DNA of 64,000 bases from Eledone cirrhosa (lineage: Eukaryota), in the NCBI GenBank assembly GCA_964016885.1, contig OZ024766.1:4216001-4280000 (forward strand), written 5' to 3'. The first letter of the stretch is position 1, and every line of letters begins with the position of its first letter. Both the position numbers and the translations under genes were made by a program. The notes beneath the pieces are model-generated. The model had not been told where the DNA came from. It searched no databases and saw nothing but the letters and a program-made list of their open reading frames with translations. This document shows positions 52,301 through 61,074 of this stretch, one piece after another.

Positions 52301-55300
52301 TTTACCTCACATAATATCTCACATAACATTTACATTACTCTATATATACTATTGTATTTTCACAGTAAAGGCTTTACCTCACATAATATCTCACATAACA
52401 TTTACATTACTCTATATATACTATTGTATTTTCACAGTAAAGGCTTTACCTCACATAATATCTCACATAACATTTACATTACTCTATATATACTATTGTA
52501 TTTTCACAGTAAAGGCTTTACCTCACATAATATCTCACATAACATTTACATTACTCTATATATACTATTGTATTTTCACAGTAAAGGCTTTACCTCACAT
52601 AATATCTCACATAACATTTACATTACTCTATATATACTATTGTATTTTCACAGTAAAGGCTTTACCTCACATAATATCTCACATAACATTTACATTACTC
52701 TATATATACTATTGTATTTTCACAGTAAAGGCTTTACCTCACATAATATCTCACATAACATTTACATTACTCTATATATACTATTGTATTGTCACAGTAA
52801 AGGCTTTACCTCACATAATATCTCACATAACATTTACATTACTCTATATATACTATTGTATTTTCACAGTAAAGGCTTTACCTCACATAATATCTCACAT
52901 AACATTTACATTACTCTATATATACTATTGTATTGTCACAGTAAAGGTCTTACCTCACATAATATCTCACATAACATTTACATTACCCTATATATACTAT
53001 TGTATTTTCACAGTAAAGGCTTTACCTCACATAATATCTCACATAATATCAAATCTATGAGATTTTGAAAGTATTTATTTTGAGAACAATACCTTAACAT
53101 CAGTTTGAGCAACCAGTTACAGCCAGTTTCAACAGAAAGAGGTAGAGAATTCTGGCTGGTTTTGGCCGGTTTGAACACTACAGGGTTAAATATATCTATG
53201 AATTTATATATATATAGCATAGCTCAAAAGCCTTGCAAAACAAAACTTACCTCTAGATCTGTGAAAATGGATTGGTCCCATAAGAACCTGAAGAAAATGA
53301 CAGTATAGGGCCTTCGCTCGATTTCCAAAGAGAAGTCACTGCCTTTCTGCATGTAATTTTTGTTCTGGTAGAGCTGGAGCATAAACTTTTCGTCTTTGAA
53401 TTGGGAGTCGAGTACGACCTTCTTATTGGGATTGTCTGAAGTGAGAGAGAGAGAGAGAGAGGTGGTGAGAGAGAGAGGGTGGGTGGTTGGGAGGTGGTGA
53501 TATAGTGAGAGAGAGGTGTGGTGGGAGGTGGCGATATAGTGAGAGAGAGAGAGAGGGGGGGTGAGAGAGAGGGGGGGGGGGGGGGAGGTGGTGATATAGT
53601 GAGAGAGAGGTGTGGTGGGAGGTGGTGATATAGTGAGAGAGAGAGAGAGAGGTGGTGAGAGAGAGAAAGGGGGGTGGGAGGTGGTGATATAGTGAGAGAG
53701 AGAGAGAGGTGGTGAGAGAGAGAGAGAGGGGGGTGGGAGGTGGTGATATAGTGAGAGAGAGGTGTGGTGGGAGGTGGTGATATAGTGAGAGAGAGAGAGA
53801 GGGGGTGGGAGGTGGTGATATAGTGAGAGAGAGAGAGAGAGAGAGGGAGGTGGGAGGTGGTGATATAGTGAGAGAGAGAGTGAGAGAGGGGGGGGAGGTG
53901 GTGATATAGTGAGAGAGAGGTGTGGTGGGAGGTGGTGATATAGTGAGAGAGAGAGAGAGAGAGAGAGGTGGTGGGAGGTGGTGAGATAGATAGAGAGAGA
54001 GAGAGAGATGTGATAGAAATAATGATGATGGTGATGGTGGTGGTGGTGATGGTGATGGTGGTGATAGTGATGGTAGTGGCGATGGTGGTGGTGATGGTGG
54101 TGGTGGTGATGATAATAATGGCGATTTTCATTTACCTGCATTAAAAGCAATATTTAACGACTTGTCCATTCCGTCATTTATGGCAGTAGCTAAAATAAAG
54201 TCTTTACGTGTTCCGTCAATGTCTTTTACGACAGTTATATTGATGCTGCTAAAATGGACTCTTAGTTGGCCTAGAAGAGTCCTCTTATGCTCAGGTGTTT
54301 CAAGCTGGAGTAAAATATAGATAGATGTATGTATAAGTAGTTTATATTGGTGGATATATATACAGAAGACCCACCTTGCCTAAGTACAAAGTGAAACCCA
54401 CTACAGTCAGTAGACACCTCTTAAGAAAAATACACCCCCATCCCACTACCCCCACCCCATCCACACCACCCCTTTCAATGTAAAGTTATGTTGGTACCAC
54501 AACATCCAACTGGGATTTCCTGGCACTTCTTCACCCATCGGTCATCCTCCATGCGCATCACATGTCCATACCACCTCAGTCTCCTCTCCCGTACACTACA
54601 TTCTATCCCTCTCAGACACAGTTTCTCTCTCAACACATCACATGTCCATACCACCTCAGTCTCCTCTCCCGTACACTACATTCTATCCCTCTCAGACACA
54701 GTTTCTCTCTCAACACATCACATGTCCATACCACCTCAGTCTCCTCTCCCGTACACTACATTCTATCCTTCTCAGACACAGTTTCTCTCTCAACACATCA
54801 CATGTCCATACCACCTCAGTCTCCTCTCCCGTACACTACATTCTATCCCTCTCAGACACAGTTTCTCTCTCAACACATCACATGTTCATACCACCTCAGT
54901 CTCCTCTCCCATACACTACATTCTATCCCTCTCAGACACAGTTTCTCTCTCAACTCATCACATGTCCATACCACGTCAGTCTCCCCTCCCGTACACTACA
55001 TTCTATCCCTCTCAGACACAGTTTCTCTCTCAACACATCACATGTCCATACCACCTCAGTCTCCCCTCCCATACACTACATTCTATCCCTCTCAGACACA
55101 GTTTCTCTCTCAACACATTTAAGCTGGGTCGTTCACGCACATTTACACTGCACATCCAATGGAGCATGCTTGCCTCATTTCTCTCCAGCCGTCGCATGTC
55201 CTCTGCAGTTGTTGCCCATGTCTCACTACCATGCAGCATCGCGCTCCTCACACAGGCATCATACAACCGGCCTTTCGTACACAGGGAGATATAATACAAT

Positions 55301-56357
55301 ATGTAGAAAAGATTACACACTAGAGAGAGAGATAGTGCGCCATGAGTCAAACAGGGAAAAACCAACAGTGTATGGAATCTATAGCCCATGGGCTATAGAT
55401 TCCATACATATTGTATTATAAAGGGGTCAGGATTCCTTCTCCTTTGAGTACATTACTGACAGGGAATGGTGAGAGTCTATGGCTTCGTTAATTTATCGTG
55501 ATATTTCGCTCCTTATAACAGTCTTTCCTCTCTCTCTGTTTGGTTGAGCACACTTCTCTGAGTGGTTTGGGTTGCTCTTTCTAGCAGCTCGTCCCTCAGA
55601 GACCACTGGTTACTGCCCTAGGCACACTGTGAATTCTCTCTCCCACGTGTGGCTGGACGGTCGCTTTAGATTCTTTTAGTGTTGTCTGAAATGTATAGCC
55701 TTACACGCACTGATGAACCATGGGCTAATCATTTCTGTCAACAACTTATTTGGTGAAACAGATCTTTTGGGATTTGTACGTGTGTGTTAGATAGTTATCA
55801 AGGTACGTATTTACACTTTAATTTATACTTTTAATTATCGTGTGTCTACTTTGCCTTCCATGGGCTATAGATTCCATACACTGGTGGTTTTTCCCTGTTT
55901 GATTCATGGCGCACCATCTCTCTCTCTCTAGTGTGTTATCTTTTCTACATATTGTATTATAAAGGGCTCGGGATTCCTTCTCCGTTGAGCACATTACTGA
56001 CAGGGAATAGCGAAAGTCTATGCTCCGTTAATTTATCGTGATATATATATATATATATTGTTATACTTTGGGAGGGTCATGTTGCCAATAAGAAACACAC
56101 GCACCAGTTGCTTTCACTTCAATTTATTATAATAAATTTATAAATTTCCGGTTGGTTGAAGTGAAAGCAACTGGTGCATGTGTTTCTTATTGGCAACATG
56201 ACCCTCCCAAAGCATAACAATATCGGTTTCAACACATGTTTTTATATAAAGAATCTTGCTAAACAAATTCAGAAACGAAATATATATATATATATATGAG
56301 AGTATTGAAGTTTGCTTGAAGCATTGTGGAATAATAAAGAAATTTACCATCATCTTC

Positions 56358-56395
<38 letters not shown>

Positions 56396-57541
56396 CGGAC
56401 GTAAAATGATGATGATGATGATGATGATAAATTTCTTTATTATTCCACAATGCTTCAAGCAAACTTCAATACTCTCATATATATATATGCTCACCGACAT
56501 CCAGAGTTGACATTGCACTCAGTGCTCCTTTGGGAGCCCCTACATGGACACACTAGAAGAGGAAGACCAAGGTTAACGTATGTTGATGCCCTAAGGACAG
56601 ACACTGGTCTGTTGGAGACGCAGGACATGGCAGCGATAATGAGGGACAGAGACCGCTGGAGAGAACTCGTCCATGGATCTCGGAAATTTTACCCGCCTTA
56701 GATATATATATATATATATATATATAATTATAATTGAATATAAAAGAAAAACGAACACAGATATATACATATATGCGTTCAAATTGCAAGGGACCAGATT
56801 CGCTAAGGTGAAAAGAATACTAACTATAGACAATAGGGTTTGCCTGTCTCAATTTAAGAATAAATCAAGAAAATAAATACAAATCGGAATTGTGGTACTA
56901 TTTTGAGTTACTAACTCAATATATATCTTTGATATGGAGGCACATGGCTTAGTGGTTAGAGTATTGGCCTTGCAATCGAAAGGTTGTGAGTTCAATTCTC
57001 AGACCAGGTGATGTGTTGTTTCCTTGAGTAAGACACTTTATTTCACATTGCTCCAGTTTACTCAGCTGTAGAAATGAGATGATAGGGACTGGGGTCCCTA
57101 TCATTCCACTGTAAAAGTGGACGTGTAGGTGCCACGGCAAAAAAGCACCCAGCACTCACTGTAAATGAGGTGGGTGTTAGGAAGGGCATCCAGCTGTAGA
57201 AATCAAGCCAGGATCAGTTCCCATCCCACCCTTGCAAGCAGGGAAAAAGCGGACGTAAAATGAAATGATGATATATATATATATATATCAAATACTAACC
57301 CTAGTAGCATCTACAAACTGACCGATGAGAATCAAGACTATTCCTGCTGACAACATTAAAATATTCCTAACAAGCTCATATGTCCCAAGACTCTGATACC
57401 ATCAACACTATAAACACAGAGCTGGCATATCTAAGAACTGACTAACTGCCTGATGAGGTCATAGCCTTTCAATGGCTATCATTGAAATATATATAGCAGT
57501 AAATAAAGGATTATGAGTTCATGCAATTGACTTATGTTTCG

Positions 57542-57577
<36 letters not shown>

Positions 57578-59480
57578 TATGCTACCACCACTGCTACCAC
57601 TACACTACCACCACCACCACCACCACTACACCACCACTATCACAACAACCACCACCACCATCACTACCACCACTACTACACCATCACCCTACCACTACCA
57701 CCACTACAACAACAACCACCACCACCACCATCACCATCACTACCACCACCACTACACCACCACCACTACACCACTAGCACTACCACCACCACTACACTAC
57801 CACCACTACACTACCACCACCACTACACTACCACCACTACACTACCACCACCACTACACCACCACCACCACTATCACAACAACCACCACCACCATCACTA
57901 CCACCACCCTACCACTACCACCACTACACCACCACTACACCACCACCACCACCACTATTACTTACAGTAGAAGGTGGGGGATTGGCAGTATTGGTAGAAG
58001 GTCGGATGCCATGCTTTGCAGCATAGAGTTACGCCCCTTTACGGTCTGAGTTCAAATCCTGCTGAGGTTAACTTTGCCTTTCATCCTTACGGGGTCGATA
58101 AAACAAAGTACCAGTAATGCACTGGGGTAATTGCTGGCCTTGTGCCAAAAGTAGAAACACATTATTATCATTATTACTACTTAGCAGCATAGAGTTACGG
58201 CCCTTTACGGTGTGAGTTCGAATCCCGCCGAGGTTAACTTTGCCTTTCATCCTTACGGGGTCGATAAAATAAAGTACCAGTAATGTACTGGGGTAATTGC
58301 TGGCCTTGTGCCAAAAGTAGAAACACATTATTACGGGGTCGATAAAATAAAGTACCAGTAATGTACTGGGGTAATTGCTGGCCTTGTGCCAAAAGTAGAA
58401 ACAATTATTACTTACAGTCAGCTTCATTGTTGAACTACGGGGGCTGAAAACCACCTCGGTGTTGTACTCTTGCAGGGGTTGGGAGTTGCTTTTGTAATTT
58501 GCCCTCATTCCCAAAACGTTCGACCACGGTGTGTTGCTGGTGTAGCCCTGCCACATGATGGCAAGATCGGAGCTGGGTTGCTGCACTGTGAACTCCAGTG
58601 TGTTATTTCCTTTCTCGAAGTAGCTCCTCAGCCTCACTGTCAGCCTGTTTTGTCTATTGTTGTCCGCGCTGAGCTCTGTAGTGAAGTCAAACAGCTGATT
58701 ACCTTCTAATCCAGTTAGCGTGGACCTCATTTGCAATGGCTGTCAAGAAAAATTATATATATATATTATTCAAAATGTTAATAAATGAAAAATATTCTCA
58801 TTATCAAAATCATCATCATCATCATCATCATTTCATTTTACGTCCCGTTTTTTCCCTGCTTGCAAGGGTGGGACGGGAACTGATTCTGGCTTGATTTCTA
58901 CAGCTGGATGCCCTTCCTAACACCAACCTCATTTACAGTGAGTGCTGGGTGCTTTTTTGCCGTGGCACCTCCACGACCACTTTACAGTGAGTGCTGGGTG
59001 CTTTTTTACTGTGGAACCTCCACTTTACAGTGTGGGCTGGGTGCTTTTTTGCTATGGCGCCTACACGACCACTTTACAGTGAGTGCTGGGTGCTTTTTTG
59101 CTGTGGCACCTCCACGACCACTTTACAGTGAGTGCTGGGTGCTTTTTTGCTGTGGCACCTGCACGACCACTTTGCGGTGGAATGATAGGGATCCCAGTCC
59201 CTATCATCTCATTTCTACAGCTGAGTAAACTGGAGCAATGTGAAATAAAGTGTCTTGCTCAAGGAAACAACACATCACCCGGTCTGAGAATTGAACTCAC
59301 AACCCTTCGATTGCAAGGCCAATGCTCTAACCACTAAGCCATGTGCCTCCAAAATATATACTTTATTATATATATTTCAAAGGAACTGTGTTGTTTTTTC
59401 AGTACGTCCTCATCAGACAAAATATATGATTTGATATATGACATACCGCTGCGGCCTTGATTATTCAATTACAGTATTGG

Positions 59481-59543
<63 letters not shown>

Positions 59544-59927
59544 CAGGGTGCGGACGATATTTGTTTGCAAGATTACTGTCTAAGAAAAAATAACAGAGTA
59601 GTTTTATTTTTTAAGATTTATTTATCAAACTTGGGTCAGTTTGTCTTCATGACTTGTTCTTTCGATCTCGCTCGATAAACCCGCCATTGGCTTTGATGAC
59701 GGCCTCAAGGCGGCCTCGGAATCGGCTACAGGCCTTCGTCACTGTCCCCCGACTTAGGCCCCTAAAGGCACTTGTGATCCTGGCCTTCAGATCGTCTTTC
59801 GTATTGCAGCTAGATCTGTTGGTGTCTCATTCCACTGCGCCCCACACAAAGAAGTCGAGGGGGTTGCAGTCAGGCGAGCTGGGAGGCCAGATGTCAGGTG
59901 GGACAACTACATAGAAAGGGACACAGA

Positions 59928-59993
<66 letters not shown>

Positions 59994-61032
59994 ACTGTTT
60001 CTACTTTATGCACAAGGCCAGCAATTACCCAGTGCATTACTGGTACTTTATTTTATCAACCCCGTAAGGATGAAAGGCAAAGTCAACCTCGGCGGGATTT
60101 GAACTCAGATCGTAAAGGGAGATAACTATGCTGGAAAGCATGGCGTCCGACCCTCTACCGATACTGCCAATCCACAACGATAGATAGATAGATAGATAGG
60201 AACAAGTAGGACCCCAGAATTAGCCGTCGAAACGGCGTCCTACTTGTTCCTATTACCCACTCTACTACCCTAAGTATTGAGTACTTTGGTGCGTTATGGT
60301 CCACCTGGTTCCTTACCACTTTTCCTTCGTTATATATATATATATCATCATCATCATCATCATCAACGTTTAACGTCCGTGTTCCACGCTTGCATGGGTT
60401 TGGACGGGGGTAGTCCCACTTGAGGCAAGAGTGATTGTCTTGCTCGCATAGGACCGTCTGGCAGGTTTTCTACAGTTGGATGCCCTTCCTAACACCAACC
60501 ACGTTTACAGTGTGGGGCTGGGAGGTTTTTACCGTGTTGCCTACACGGCCACATTACAGCGTGGACTGTCTGGCGGGTTTTCTACAGTTGGATGCCCTTC
60601 CTAACACCAACCACGTTTACAGTGTGGGTCTGGAAGGTTTTTACCGTGTTGCCTACACGGCCACATTACAGCGTGGACTGTGTGTTTTTTTGTCGTGACA
60701 CCTACACGATCTCATTTGTTTCGGCCTGGATGGCGCGGCACCAACATAACTTTACATAGAACGGGGTGGTGTGGATGGGGTGGGGGTGGTGGTGGTGGTA
60801 CGGGGGTGTATTTTGTTAGAGATGCCTACTGGCTGGAGTAGGTTTTACTATATATTTAGGCAAGGCGGGTCTTCTCTGTTACTGAGTACCGCCAAAGGTC
60901 TCGGTCCAGTGACATTGTCTTGGAGAGGTGTAAGTGTGTGATGTCGGAGTTTATCAGCTCGTCCCAGGTTTTTCTAGGTCTGCCTATTCCGTGACTACCG
61001 TCTATCTTTATTGCCCTGCACTTTGTTATACA

Positions 61033-61074
<42 letters not shown>

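Noticed and set aside
49820-53068. 1082-aa ORF (and related ORFs at 33274-34851)
   Set aside because: Translation of a stop-free 72-bp tandem repeat inside an intron; no support as a gene.
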